Positions 15,031-28,034 are shown, counted from the first letter of the stretch. The stretch is DNA of 64,000 nt from an uncultured Hormoscilla sp. (GCA_963921275.4 OZ001293.3:2464001-2528000); one strand, 5' to 3'. The notes: generated by a model not told the origin, from the sequence alone. A program made the numbers and translations.

Positions 15031-15193
15031 TGAGTTGTGAGAGCAACAACCAAAAATTACGGTAATTTCCATCGAATGCGCTGCGCGCACGCTACGCGAT
15101 CGGGGTTGAGAATAGGGATGAAAAGCTTCAAAAGCTAATAAACGAAAAGCTCTCAGCGACGACGCAATAAGAGTTGCATGTACACAAGTACGT

Positions 15194-15595
15194 ATGCTGA
15201 TAGAAAAGGGTATCCCTCCCGAGAGAATTCAATTATTTGCCAAACGGGAGCAGATTCGCCAGAGATTATTTAATGAAGTGCTTCCACAAGAATGCCAATC
15301 TCACTTTTTTGGCCATGATCGCTTCGGTAGTAATAAGTTCGTGAACAAACAAGCACTCGTCATAGTCGGCGACCCGGTTCAAAATTATGGCAGTATCCAG
15401 GAAAACCTCAAATGTAAGACTAGCAGGGATATTGAATTCAATGACGAATACTTTCAAACACATGCTAAGGATAAAATTATTGAGCAGATAGCTCAGATAG
15501 TGGGACGACTGCGATCGGCGAGCCGAGAGGATCCCGTAAAGGTATTAAAGATCGGAGGCGACAATGTCGAGGTAGAGATTAAAACCCAGAGCTGA
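15194..15595 (+). pseudogene. Fragment resembling the C-terminus of a plasmid replication protein (CyRepA1-like)
   Basis: HFFG..FGSNKF....LVIVGDP..N.G...QIVGRLR motif; no N-terminal part. Confidence 0.4.
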
Positions 15596-15636
15596 CAAGG
15601 GTTTTATTTTTGGAGATGTCTGATGGCTACGAGTCT

Positions 15637-15706
15637 GGTTCTGGGGTAATTTTCCAGCGGGATGGCAATACCTACTCTGTTCTCACAGCTAAACACGCGG
15701 TCAACG
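15637..15706 (+). pseudogene. Trypsin-like serine protease fragment
   Basis: Reads GSGVIFQRDGNTYSVLTAKHAVN. Confidence 0.5.
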
Positions 15707-15991
15707 CCAGAAGAAAGTATCTGGCGATCCCTAAAATATTACTCGCTAGTCTTCCCCCCACGCTGCGCGAAAAATCGCAATGACAAATAGGCGATTGTGC
15801 TATGCCACATCAATGCTTTCGAGATGCTATATCCTGCATTCAAATGCACCTTTATCGTCCACCCGTTCGCGCAGCGACTGCGCAGCAGTTTCGGGCGCGT
15901 TCGCGCAGCGACTGCGCAGCAGTTTCGCCTCTGGTGGGCGGTGCCGACCCTACTTCTTATCAATTCGCAATTTACAATTGGCAATTAACAA

Positions 15992-16909
15992 TTAAAGTGC
16001 TTGGGCCCGCAACCAGGCAACGGGCAAACTCAATAACTTGCGGGGGGTAGAAACATAGGCTCTTTTACTGAAGACATCGTACCGGTTGCGTTCGATCGCG
16101 TCTAAGATCTGCTCATAGAGCATCAAAGCGGACCAGACTGGCCAGCGCGCGTCAGGAATCAGGAAACGCAGACCCGTTTCTGCTTGGATGAAAAACTTGC
16201 GGGCCCGTTCAATTTGAAACTGCATGAACTGGCGCCAGCGCTCGTCTACGACTCCATTCAATAAATCCTTCTCGGTATAATTAAACCGAGCTAAATCTTG
16301 TTCGGGCAGATAAATGCGGCCCCGGTGGGCGTCCTCCCCCACATCTCGCAGGATATTGGTCAGCTGGTTGGCAATCCCTAGGGCGATCGCCTCTTTAGTA
16401 GGAATATAGGGTTTATGGTAGCGCTGCCAGGGTGCCGCGTACCCAGAAGTATCCACACCCATAACAGCGGTAGACATCAAGCCTACTGTACCCGCCACCC
16501 GATAGCAATACTCATACAACTCCTCAAAGGTCTCATAACGACTGCGGCACAGGTCCATCCGCTGACCAGCAATCATATCCCGAAACGGCGTAATCTCCAA
16601 GGGGAATCTTTCCAGGGTATCCACCAAAGCTAGGTCACAATCATCTATTGCTTTTCCTGCAAAGACCCCTTCCAACTGTTTTTCCCATCCATCGAGAGTT
16701 TCAGGCGTCGTCATCACGGCATCGCTGCCATCCACCAGTTCATCTGTGCGCCGACACCAAGCGTAGATCGCCCAGATTGCGCGACGCTTGGCGGATGGCA
16801 TCAATAATGTACCCAGATAAAACGTCTTCGCGTACTTGGCCGTCATCTGACGACAGAGTTCATAGGCTTCTTGTAGAGATACCAGCTTTCCCATGCTTGG
16901 CGAGTTCAT
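15992..16909 (-). CDS. crtB: Phytoene synthase
   Basis: AKTFYLGT, CRRTDELVD, NQLTNILRDVGED. Confidence 0.97.
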   Translation of the reverse strand: MNSPSMGKLVSLQEAYELCRQMTAKYAKTFYLGTLLMPSAKRRAIWAIYAWCRRTDELVDGSDAVMTTPETLDGWEKQLEGVFAGKAIDDCDLALVDTLERFPLEITPFRDMIAGQRMDLCRSRYETFEELYEYCYRVAGTVGLMSTAVMGVDTSGYAAPWQRYHKPYIPTKEAIALGIANQLTNILRDVGEDAHRGRIYLPEQDLARFNYTEKDLLNGVVDERWRQFMQFQIERARKFFIQAETGLRFLIPDARWPVWSALMLYEQILDAIERNRYDVFSKRAYVSTPRKLLSLPVAWLRAQAL

Positions 16910-16982
16910 TTACTGCTTTTTGTCTGTTCTCAGTTAGAGTTAAAGCCCGCGTAGGCGGGCTTTGTTCATGAAGCGATACCCT

Positions 16983-18449
<1,467 letters not shown>

Positions 18450-19086
18450 TCATCGCATGTTAATTATATAATGCTGCCAGCCATACACAAGCAGCGTCAC
18501 AATTTTTCTAGTCGGAGCCCCACCATACCTCCCCGCCCACTTAACTCGTCGCTGCGCGCAGCAAAATCTCATACTTGTGAGTTAATGAGACTGACCCTCT
18601 TATCCCTTGTCTCCCTGGGAATGAGCAGTATCGAGGCTCCGCCTCCTGTGAGTTACTGACGCCGCCTCTATTATTACTCTCGTACCCTCGTATCCCTTGT
18701 CTCCCTGGGAATTGCTAATTACTCTCGTGGCAGGTGTCTCCTGTGAATGAGAAAGCTAGCGTCGGTAATTACCCTCGTGAGTTCCATTCCATCGGTCGTC
18801 TATTGAGGCCAGGAGGCAGAGCCTCAATCGGGAGTGACCAGGGAGACCCTGGCCACTAGAACAAGGTCTACGTAGAAACCTGGCATCATATGTATGAGAG
18901 AAGGCATACTGTTAATGATAGTATGATCTTAATAATGAGCAAGGACGGCGATCAATCCTCTGGCCCGATAGCTGGGAAGATTTGATCGTTTGACCGATAG
19001 AAGGAATGTGAAAATCTCGTGATTGCGCTGCGCGCAGCGACGCACTGCTCAAAAAGCTGCGAAAAACATAAACCCAGCCCGAGAAA

Positions 19087-21996
19087 ATGATGTCAAACTC
19101 CACCGCTACCGATTTTTCCGGCACGGTAAGTCCGCCCCTGTTGCTGTTAATTGACGGTCACTCGTTAGCCTTCCGTTCTTACTATGCTTTTGCCAAAAGT
19201 AAGAAAGGCGGACTGAAAACTTCAACGGGAATTCCTACTAGCGTTTGCTTTGGCTTTATGAATAGCATGCTAGAGGCGATTCATACTCAGAAACCCCAGG
19301 CGATCGCAGTAGCATTTGACCGCGCGGAACCAACATTCCGCCACGAGGCAGATGCTAACTATAAGGCAGGGCGCGCGGAAACGCCTAAAGATTTCATCCC
19401 AGACATGGCAAATCTTCAGGAACTGCTACAGGCTTTAAATCTGCCCCTGGTAACCAGTGCGGGATATGAAGCAGATGATGTATTGGCAACTATAGCGCAA
19501 GTGGGGAGTGCAGCGGGTTATCGGGTAAAGGTGCTGACAGGCGATCGGGACTTATTCGGGATAGTTGACGAAGAAAAAAACATCAGTGTATTGTATCTGA
19601 GTGGCGGTCATCTCAAGCGGGATAGCCGGGCCACGGATTTCGGAAGGTCAGAAGTGATAGAGAAACTAGGCATCTCCCCCGCACAGGTAGTAGACTATAA
19701 AGCCCTCAGCGGGGACAGTTCCGATAACATTTCCGGAGTCAGAGGGATAGGGGAAAAGACGGCGGTCAAGCTGCTGAAGGAATACGGTAGTCTCGATAAT
19801 ATATATGCTGCCTTAGAAAATATTAAAGGAGCCACGAAGAAAAAGCTAGCAGAGGGGAAAGAGGTCGCCTATCATTCCCAGTATCTGGCCCAGTTGAGGT
19901 TGGACGTACCGATAGAGATTAGTCTAGAAGACTGCCAGTTGACAGGTTTTGACATTCGCCGCTTAGAACGAGTGCTGTTAAAATTAGAATTCAAGAAGTT
20001 TTTGGACAAAATTGAGCAGCTACAAGAGAAGTTGGGCGGTTCGATAACTGATGGCGAACCGATAACAACAACTTCCGAAAGCCCGATCGCGCAGCGTGCG
20101 CGCAGCGCAATCGGCATCCAGCAGCAATTAGACATCAATCTCCACAAAGATTTAGGGCCTCGCATCATTGACACTCAGGCAAAACTAACCGCATTGGTAA
20201 AGCAATTGCAAGGTTGCCAGGATGTCCCGGTAGCCTGGGACACGGAAACTACAGACGTCAAACCGCGATCAGCGCAACTGTTAGGAATAGGTTGCTGTTG
20301 GGGAACGGGTGCCAATGATGTTGCTTATATCCCCATTCATCACGCAACGGGGAATAATTTGGATCTAGACATGGTTCGAGAGGCTTTGCGTCCCATTCTG
20401 GAAAGTGGAGATTATCCCAAAGCGTTTCAGAATGCAAAGTTCGATCGCCTAGTGCTGCGATGTCAGGGAATAGAACTGCAAGGGGTAGTGTTTGACACCA
20501 TGCTAGCAAGTTACGTGCTAGATCCAGAAAAGCCTCATAACCTCAAAGACTTGTCAGTGAGGAACAATCTGGTGCTGGAACTGAAAAGCTACTCCGAGGT
20601 AGTGCCAAAGGGTCAAACCATTGCGGAGGTGGATATCCCGACAGTAGCATATTACTGTGGCCAGCAGGTTGAGGCGACCTTCCAATTGGTGGACAAGCTG
20701 AGTGCCAAACTGAAGCAAGTACCAGCAGTGGAGAAGCTGCTGCTAGAGGTAGAACAGCCTTTAGAACCGATTCTAGCAGAAATGGAATATAGGGGGATAA
20801 GGGTTGACAGCTTCTATCTGGAGGAACTCTCGCAACAGTTGCAAAAGGATTTAGCAAAGATTTCAGAACAAGCATATCAGGAAGCCGGAGATAAATTCAA
20901 CCTGGGTTCCCCCAAGCAGGTGAGTCAGTTGCTGTTCGAGAAACTAGGTTTAGATAGCAATAAATCTCGTAAAACCAAGACGGGTTATTCTACTGGCGCC
21001 GCTACCCTGGAAAAACTGCAAGGGGATCACCCAGTTGTCGATCTCATTTTGCAATATCGCACCCTGGACAAGTTAAAATCAACTTATGTAGATGCCTTAC
21101 CGCAGCTAGTGCGTACAGATAGCCAGCGGGTGCATACAGATTTTAATCAGACGGTTACGGGGACGGGAAGGCTTTCCTCTTCTAATCCGAATTTACAGAA
21201 TATTCCCATTAGAACGGAATTTTCGCGGCAAATTAGAAAGGCGTTTTTGCCAGAACAGGACTGGTTGTTGGTATCGGCTGATTATTCCCAAATAGAGTTA
21301 CGGATCTTGGCACATCTGAGTCAGGAACCGGTGTTAGTTGAGGCTTACCAGCAGAATGAAGATATTCATTCTGTCACGGCGCGACTGCTATTTGAAAAGT
21401 CAACAGTAACGCCAGAGGAACGAGGTTTGGGTAAAGTGATTAACTTTGGCGTGATTTACGGAATGGGCGCCCAAAGATTTGCCCGATCGGCGGGGGTGAC
21501 AAGCTCCGCTGGGAAGGAATTTATTCAGCGGTTTTATCGGCGCTATCCAGGGGTGTTTGCGTATTTGGAGAGAGTCAAGAAAGAGGCGATCGCGCGGGGA
21601 TATGTGGAAACAATCTTGGGGCGTCGTCGCTACTTCGAGTTTGAAGATGGAAGCTTGCAGAAGATGAAAGGAAGGGATCCCGAAGAGATAGACTTAAACA
21701 AACGAAATCTAGGTAGGAACGATGCCGGAATTTTACGGGCCGCAGCGAATGCGCCCATACAGGGTTCGAGTGCAGATATCATCAAAATAGCGATGGTAAA
21801 ACTGCATGAAGTGTTACAGAATTACCAGGCGCGATTGCTATTGCAAGTGCATGATGAATTAGTGTTGGAAGTTCCCCCAGAGGAATGGGAAATGTTACAA
21901 TCGGAAATTGAGACGACGATGAAATCAGCTATAGAGTTAACTGTGCCATTAGTAGTTGATATCCATGTCGGGAAAAATTGGATGGACGCTAAGTAA
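19087..21996 (+). CDS. polA: DNA polymerase I
   Basis: 5'-3' exonuclease, 3'-5' exonuclease and polA motifs (ADYSQIELR, QVHDELV). Confidence 0.98.
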   Translation: MMSNSTATDFSGTVSPPLLLLIDGHSLAFRSYYAFAKSKKGGLKTSTGIPTSVCFGFMNSMLEAIHTQKPQAIAVAFDRAEPTFRHEADANYKAGRAETPKDFIPDMANLQELLQALNLPLVTSAGYEADDVLATIAQVGSAAGYRVKVLTGDRDLFGIVDEEKNISVLYLSGGHLKRDSRATDFGRSEVIEKLGISPAQVVDYKALSGDSSDNISGVRGIGEKTAVKLLKEYGSLDNIYAALENIKGATKKKLAEGKEVAYHSQYLAQLRLDVPIEISLEDCQLTGFDIRRLERVLLKLEFKKFLDKIEQLQEKLGGSITDGEPITTTSESPIAQRARSAIGIQQQLDINLHKDLGPRIIDTQAKLTALVKQLQGCQDVPVAWDTETTDVKPRSAQLLGIGCCWGTGANDVAYIPIHHATGNNLDLDMVREALRPILESGDYPKAFQNAKFDRLVLRCQGIELQGVVFDTMLASYVLDPEKPHNLKDLSVRNNLVLELKSYSEVVPKGQTIAEVDIPTVAYYCGQQVEATFQLVDKLSAKLKQVPAVEKLLLEVEQPLEPILAEMEYRGIRVDSFYLEELSQQLQKDLAKISEQAYQEAGDKFNLGSPKQVSQLLFEKLGLDSNKSRKTKTGYSTGAATLEKLQGDHPVVDLILQYRTLDKLKSTYVDALPQLVRTDSQRVHTDFNQTVTGTGRLSSSNPNLQNIPIRTEFSRQIRKAFLPEQDWLLVSADYSQIELRILAHLSQEPVLVEAYQQNEDIHSVTARLLFEKSTVTPEERGLGKVINFGVIYGMGAQRFARSAGVTSSAGKEFIQRFYRRYPGVFAYLERVKKEAIARGYVETILGRRRYFEFEDGSLQKMKGRDPEEIDLNKRNLGRNDAGILRAAANAPIQGSSADIIKIAMVKLHEVLQNYQARLLLQVHDELVLEVPPEEWEMLQSEIETTMKSAIELTVPLVVDIHVGKNWMDAK

Positions 21997-22199
21997 AACC
22001 GTTCGTAGTAAGCACGAAGAGTGCTTTCCGGGCGCGAAAGCGCCTAGAACATTATTTAGAAGGGGATGAAACAGTCCAATCCCCCTTCTCTGAGCCGGTA
22101 ATCAGCCAGGAAACGATGGAGAATTTAGTAGATAGCTTCCTTTCCTGTATAGTTGATGTTAGTAAGTAAAATAAGCGTGCTTTGCGCTTACGGAGAACC

Positions 22200-22804
22200 T
22201 CAAGTTGATTCTAAACCCTTTTTTGCTTCCTGAGCAACTTGTTCGACTTCATCTTGTGCTAAACTTTCTAGAATAGGCCTTCGAGGTGAAGGGCCACCCA
22301 AGGGGTTCAGAGCTTGCACCAATGAACTAATAGCAGCAGTTTGGACAATGTCTGTTTCTGAGTTGAGAGCATCAGCGAGGATATCGAAAGCACGGGGGTC
22401 TCCCATTTCCCCTAAAGTGGCGACGATACTGAGTTTCAGCAGCCACTCGGAGGTAGTTTGGTATACTTGTTGTAGGTCGCTGAAAGCTTCAGTTAACCTG
22501 AGAGCACCCAAAGCGTCAGCAGCGGCGGCTTTCACATCAGTTTCTGGATCGTTGAAGAGCCGTCGCTGCGCGCAGCGCAATCGCGCAATATCTGCAAAGA
22601 CTTCTGTAAATCTTGCTGTCCCAGAATCGCCATCTGGCTCACGGCTGCATAGCGGATTCTCACATTATTGTCAACAATTAAAGGTTGAATCATCTCAAAA
22701 GCGATCGCCTCTTCCACTTGGCGCAGCTGATTCAGTCCCTTTAGGCGATCGCCGTACTCGGAAGAATTTAGTAATTTTGCAACCGATTCAGGAGTTATTG
22801 TCAT
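22200..22804 (-). pseudogene. nblB: HEAT-repeat phycobilisome degradation protein NblB-like, frameshifted
   Basis: Split into ORFs 22532-22804 and 22200-22580; 17-nt insertion at 22563-22579 breaks LRDRLFNDP. Confidence 0.75.
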
Positions 22805-22821
22805 TTGTTAATTGTTAATTG

Positions 22822-23307
22822 CTAATTGCCATGAACCACGAACTCTTCTTGACTTGCCGCCATTGAGCCGATAATATCTCCACGGGTGAGGATGCCAATC
22901 AACTTACCAGCATCGTCCAGTACGGGCAAGCGATGGATGTGGTATTTTTGCATCAGCTGGGCCGCTGCACGCAGAGGTTTATCCGGTTTTACAGAAATGG
23001 GGCGATCGCTCATCACCTCCTTAACCGTCAGTCCCATCGCCTTCCGCAAATCCTTTTCATAGGTAGCGGGATTTTCCAGATAAATTATGCTATCCAACAG
23101 CATGATATAGGGAGGAGGTTCTACCCCTGTTTCCTGCCACAATAGATCGCTATCGGAGATCACCCCCACCAATTTTCCTGCCCCATCTACAACTGGCAGA
23201 CCGCTAATATGTCGGTCTGCCATAATTTTAATAGCCTGCTTCAGAGGAGTTTCAGGCTGTACCACGATCGGATTGTGGGTCATAATATCAGCAACAGTTT
23301 TGGGCAT
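22822..23307 (-). CDS. CBS domain protein
   Basis: Tandem CBS motifs (ISGLPVVD, IHRLPVLD). Confidence 0.92.
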   Translation of the reverse strand: MPKTVADIMTHNPIVVQPETPLKQAIKIMADRHISGLPVVDGAGKLVGVISDSDLLWQETGVEPPPYIMLLDSIIYLENPATYEKDLRKAMGLTVKEVMSDRPISVKPDKPLRAAAQLMQKYHIHRLPVLDDAGKLIGILTRGDIIGSMAASQEEFVVHGN

Positions 23308-23395
23308 ATTCTGTATTGTTAATTGTTAGTTGTTAGTTGTGGGTTGTTAGTTGACCACTGACTTGGCCGCTGACCACTGGCCGCTGACAGTAGGT

Positions 23396-24373
23396 CTACT
23401 CTTTGCTGCGAGCAATATCGATCGCCTCCCCAGCAGATATTCCTTCATTTTGATAGCCAAAATACCATAGAGTCGCAGCCGCCTCAACACTACTAACAGT
23501 CTTAGTGGGCTGGAACAAATTCGTATAACCTAAAGACCGGCGGATATTTGCCTTTTCCCCATTCTGAAAATCTGCCTCTACTGCCCGTAAGGATTTTGGG
23601 TCAATCTTAGCAGCATCTTGGAAGCCCCAGGTTTCCTCCACCGTATCGATCGTAGCAGTAGGTAAAGCTCTACGGATATCCAGAGGCACTTTCCAGAGAA
23701 TCATTTCGGCGCGGGTAAGGGGTGTATCTGGGCGAAACCAAACTACTGTCGCATCACCAGTTAACCTGCTCGGCAGTATACCCGCCTCTGCTAAACCTTG
23801 AATTAGAGGGAAATCCGGGTCAGTACGCGGCACATCCTGAAAAACTGGTTTAGCAGATTTTGACGTTGGCGGACGAATTTGTTTACCTGGGTTGTGAGCA
23901 TACATTTTATTATTAGCCACAACCAGCCAACGGACGTACTCCCGGCGCGTCACTGTTCGATTCGGTTCAAAATCAGGTGAAGTTAAAACCTCCAGTTCCA
24001 TCAAGTCGGCCACGTACTGACGCAATGGCTCCGGAATTTCCTTCTCCGACCAGGTGCTTGAGGCCGTTTCAGTAGTCTCCCCTAGTCGATTAGGACTCTC
24101 TTCTGGCTGTTTCGGGGCATTTAACTGGCTGTTCCTAGCAATAGGATCGGGCTCTATTGTGGAATTATTCTGGTCGGACGTCTGGGCTATTGAAGTCGCT
24201 GCTGGCGGACTCCCAGTCGAGGGATTGGCAGAGGGTCCGGGGTCTGCTGCCAAGGATTGTTCAACCGCCTTACCAATTTCACTATTAGCACAGGCAGTCA
24301 ATGAAGTAGTCAGCAGGCAAGCAGCAATAACAGCAAGAACTGGTTTCATCCTGGCAACACAGCTGGACATCAT
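23396..24373 (-). CDS. S-layer homology domain lipoprotein
   Basis: Lipobox LTAC; SLH motifs FEPNRTVTRRE, FQDVP, FRPDTPLTRAE. Confidence 0.85.
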   Translation of the reverse strand: MMSSCVARMKPVLAVIAACLLTTSLTACANSEIGKAVEQSLAADPGPSANPSTGSPPAATSIAQTSDQNNSTIEPDPIARNSQLNAPKQPEESPNRLGETTETASSTWSEKEIPEPLRQYVADLMELEVLTSPDFEPNRTVTRREYVRWLVVANNKMYAHNPGKQIRPPTSKSAKPVFQDVPRTDPDFPLIQGLAEAGILPSRLTGDATVVWFRPDTPLTRAEMILWKVPLDIRRALPTATIDTVEETWGFQDAAKIDPKSLRAVEADFQNGEKANIRRSLGYTNLFQPTKTVSSVEAAATLWYFGYQNEGISAGEAIDIARSKE

Positions 24374-24762
24374 TTTCTATGATATACTCCAAACGGTCAT
24401 AAACTGGGCGATCTCCGGTAGTAATGTCATTGCGAGGGGGGGATAATTCGCCTCGGGCCTTGGAGTAACCCCTCCCCTGTTAGCGCAGCGGCGCAACGTT
24501 AGGAGCGCTAGCAATCTCCGCTTGCGGTGAGCGAAGTCGAACCGCGCGCCCTTTAGGAGATTGCTTCGGGGGGATCCCAGACCTGTTCCAGAGCTTCGGT
24601 CAGGGATTCCCCCCTCGCTCCGGACAGATTCCGGGTGCTCTTAGGGCCATATCTTGCTAGCAAAAGCGCAAGTCGAGCCCTTTGGGAGTATAGCAAGCTC
24701 CCTTCCCATTCATCAATAGGCCAAGATCTGCTAGGATTGAGCAAAATCTAGAGGATGAGCCT

Positions 24763-26038
24763 ATGGGTATTGGATGGGGTCGAGCCGGGAATCGCTTCCC
24801 GACCCTCCCTTGAGGAACCGGACTTGCGATTTTCACCGCATCCGGCTACTGGGTACTAGGCCCTTTTCATAGGTAGACTTAATAGGAATTACTTCCGTTA
24901 GCCCTTGCCGCCTGTCTTTTCTTCCCTTTCCTGGTTTAGCGAGTGGTTGTTCTGATAACCGTTAGTATCACCATTTTCAAGTCAGTTTTACCAGTTATCC
25001 ATACCTTATCCTCCACTTGCGTTTCGGATTAGTTCCGTGGCTTTTTAGGATTACTCATTCCAGCAGCTTCCTAGTATCACCGACCCACGTCAGCGCTGGC
25101 TACCCAGCATCATCTACATTACTGTAGATGTTATCCCAGGAATTACCCCGGGCATTCGCTTCTTGGGCCATCCCTCCCCCCGTGGCTTGCGCTTAACATC
25201 TAACTTGTCCTGATGGACAGCACACGAGAGGTTACTTCGTTCCCTAACAACATTTCGCGATACCTTTAGGTCCACACTATACCCCGGGAGCTATTTGAGT
25301 ACTATATTAGCCAGAGTCTAAAACTAATACTAGCTACCATTTCCTTTTTAGGCCAGCGCATATAGCCTTATTTCGCTGGTTCCTTATAACGAGGCTTGCA
25401 CATGTTTGCCTGCTCTAACCTTGGATATCTTTCCTAGCGGCGTCACCGGCTTAGGCTGCCAGTTATCCTACATTTGAGTCCTCGCTTAGCACCACGATGA
25501 TGTCGCTTCGTAGCACCGAGGACCGGTGTCACCCCCGTACCTGGGGGGAGGGGAATTTAACCCCCATGCGGTCAGAGTTCCCGGCTAATGAAACCGGGCT
25601 AGCGTTCCGTGTTTGACCACGTTAGGCTAGAACGAATCGCACAGAGTCAAGAAAGTAATTACTGCATGGATGCTTGGTATTGCTGGTGCTGCAACGATCG
25701 CCGGTGCGGCCCAAGCCCAATCAGCCAATACTCAGCCTGTAATCATCTCACCAGCACAGGCTTTCAATCGAGCTATGTTCGAGAACTCCGGCACCTACTT
25801 TGAGAACCGTTCCCTGCGGCGACAAGCCAACTCCATCTTGGGCATTGGAGGTTTCCCGGAAAATCGCCTCACCCGCGACGCCAAGCTAGTTAACCTGGTG
25901 TATCGGGACGTACTCAGGCAGCAGGTTTCTAGCACCCCACTCATTCGCATACGGGATCTGAGAAATCCCTTCGACAGCACGGTGGGTAACCCTGTGAACC
26001 AGGAACCAGGGCCCATCGGGCAACGCCGTAGTGTTTGA
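24763..26038 (+). pseudogene. Secreted hypothetical protein interrupted near its start by antisense intron C
   Basis: GAGGA + ATG GGT ATT (24763-24771) joins in frame to AGA GTC AAG (25643) and to ORF 25670-26038 with signal peptide AAQAQ. Confidence 0.7.
24772..25642 (-). mobile_element. ORF-less group II intron (IIB-type), diverged copy C
   Basis: Minus strand starts GTGCGATTCGTTCTAGCCTAACG; DV TAGCCGGATGCGGTGAAAATCGCAAGTCCGGTTC; DVI with putative branch A at 24780; collinear homology with copy A; 3' end uncertain by 1-2 nt. Confidence 0.9.
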
Positions 26039-26302
26039 GCAGCCAGTGCTACGATAAGTAACATCGGTAAGGTAAGTGCGCCCTACTGGAATCGAACCAG
26101 TCTGAAGGCGAATTATGAGTTCGCTGCCTCCCCAATCGGCCAAGGGCGCATACTATATCCGATTCTAGCAAATCTCTCACTAGATAGCAAGGGATCGGTA
26201 AAATTCCATCATGGGATCTGGCGGGCCTCCGGTGCAAAATGGCTCAGAACTGTAGGCTTATTACAATTGAAGCATAGATCGACTAAAATTACAAAGATCA
26301 CC

Positions 26303-26542
26303 ATGTCAATTAATTTAACTGTGGTCCTGACATTCATTCTGCTATCCCTCATGTGCGCAGCCGGTGGAGTGAGCTTCTATGGGGGATATCTTGTAGGTAG
26401 GGAAGCCCTCAAAGGAATTACTCAGCCGGATTCGAGTCCTACCAGTACTCTAGCCAAGTCAAAAAGAAATGAATTGGGCCACAAGATTTTGTCCGAGGCA
26501 GAGATCCTGGCTAAGGTCAAGGCTAAAATGTCAGGCAAATAA
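26303..26542 (+). CDS. Small membrane-anchored hypothetical protein, possibly truncated
   Basis: N-terminal TM segment then GREALKGITQPD. Confidence 0.6.
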   Translation: MSINLTVVLTFILLSLMCAAGGVSFYGGYLVGREALKGITQPDSSPTSTLAKSKRNELGHKILSEAEILAKVKAKMSGK

Positions 26543-26554
26543 CCTCTCAGAAGT

Positions 26555-26653
26555 CGTAGGACGGGCGAGACGCCTGTCCGGGGGTGGCGTAGGACGAGCG
26601 AGACGCCTGTCCGGGGGTGGCGTAGGACGGGCGAGACGCCTGTCCGGGGGTGG
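26555..26653. repeat. 3 x 33-bp tandem REP-like repeat
   Basis: CGTAGGACGRGCGAGACGCCTGTCCGGGGGTGG at 26555, 26588, 26621 with internal hairpin. Confidence 0.9.
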
Positions 26654-26678
26654 GTTGTCAATGCAAGAATTTTAAATT

Positions 26679-28034
26679 TTGATGCGATTGTTGTCGGTGC
26701 TGCTGCTGATCGCGATAAACGCTTTTTTTGTCACAGCCGAGTTTTCTATAGTGTCAGTGCGGCGATCGCGCATTAACCAGCTAGTATCGGAGGGGGATAC
26801 TCAGGCAAGGACTGTGCAAAATCTGCAACGGCGGATTGACCGGCTGCTGTCAACGACTCAGCTGGGCATCACCCTCTCTAGTCTGGCCCTGGGTTGGATT
26901 GCTGAGGATACGATGGCAGTGGCGATCTCGCAGTTGATGAGGTCCCTGCCGGTGTCGAAGGCAACGACCCAAGTGCTGATCCATTCAGTAGCAGTGCCAG
27001 TGGCGTTTTTAACGATCGCCTATTTGCAAATAGTGTTGGGGGAGCTATGTCCGAAGTCGGTGGCCCTGCTACATTCAGAACAACTGGCGAGGTTTTTAGC
27101 ACCGCCAACTCTGGCGATCGCGCGTTTGTTCAACCCATTCATATGGATACTCAATCAATCGACTCGCCTGCTATTGCGCCTCGCGGGCATTCAGTACGCC
27201 GGTCGTGGCTGGTATAACCAGGTAACGCCAGAAGAATTGCAGCTGATTATCTCTACTTCCACTGAGACTACAGGGTTGGAAGCAGAAGAAAGAGAACTGC
27301 TCAACAATGTATTTGAATTTGCCGAAGTATTAGCAGAAGAAGTAATGGTACCCCGCACCAGCATTACTGCAATTGGTCATGATGCCACATTCGGTACGCT
27401 GCTACAGGAAGTTGCCAATTCAGGTCACTCCCGCTATCCCGTGATGGGGGAATCTTTAGACGACATTCGCGGTATTATTTACTTCAAGAAACTAGCTTCC
27501 TCACTGGCTAACGGTGACTTGTCTCTGGATACAGCAATAGCACCTTGGATTCGTCCCGCCAGGTTTGTCTCAGAACAAAAACCCCTGAGTGAACTTCTGC
27601 CCCTGATGCAGCGATCGCATAGAGAGATGGTGATTGTCGTCGATGAATTTGGGGGTACTGCTGGGTTAGTCACTCTCTCAGATATCGTTGCCGAAATTAT
27701 TGGTGAGGTTTCAGAACCTGCCGAAGACTTAACTCTGCAAATGCTCGACGAACAGACCTATTTAGTGCAGGCGCAGCTGGATATCGAAGAAGTTAATGAA
27801 CTGTTGAATCTAGAATTGCCCCTGATAGATGAATACCAAACTCTCGGAGGATTCTTGATCTACCAGATGCAAAAAATTCCCAGCGTGGGCGAAACCTTCT
27901 CATACAATAATCTGGAAATGACTGTAGAGTCAGCATCGGGACCCCGCTTGCACCAAATTCGCATCCACCGTCTGGAATCAACAGTGAATCGGGAAACTGC
28001 TGAAGATATTGTCCCCGATAATTCTGAAGTCTGA
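26679..28034 (+). CDS. Hemolysin/CNNM family protein (DUF21-CBS-CorC)
   Basis: FFVTAEFSIV, QLGITLSSL, VVDEFGGTAGLVT. Confidence 0.93.
   Translation: MMRLLSVLLLIAINAFFVTAEFSIVSVRRSRINQLVSEGDTQARTVQNLQRRIDRLLSTTQLGITLSSLALGWIAEDTMAVAISQLMRSLPVSKATTQVLIHSVAVPVAFLTIAYLQIVLGELCPKSVALLHSEQLARFLAPPTLAIARLFNPFIWILNQSTRLLLRLAGIQYAGRGWYNQVTPEELQLIISTSTETTGLEAEERELLNNVFEFAEVLAEEVMVPRTSITAIGHDATFGTLLQEVANSGHSRYPVMGESLDDIRGIIYFKKLASSLANGDLSLDTAIAPWIRPARFVSEQKPLSELLPLMQRSHREMVIVVDEFGGTAGLVTLSDIVAEIIGEVSEPAEDLTLQMLDEQTYLVQAQLDIEEVNELLNLELPLIDEYQTLGGFLIYQMQKIPSVGETFSYNNLEMTVESASGPRLHQIRIHRLESTVNRETAEDIVPDNSEV

Noticed and set aside
26555..26653. Possible CRISPR array
   Set aside because: Units are contiguous with no unique spacers, and there are no cas genes; a REP-like tandem repeat
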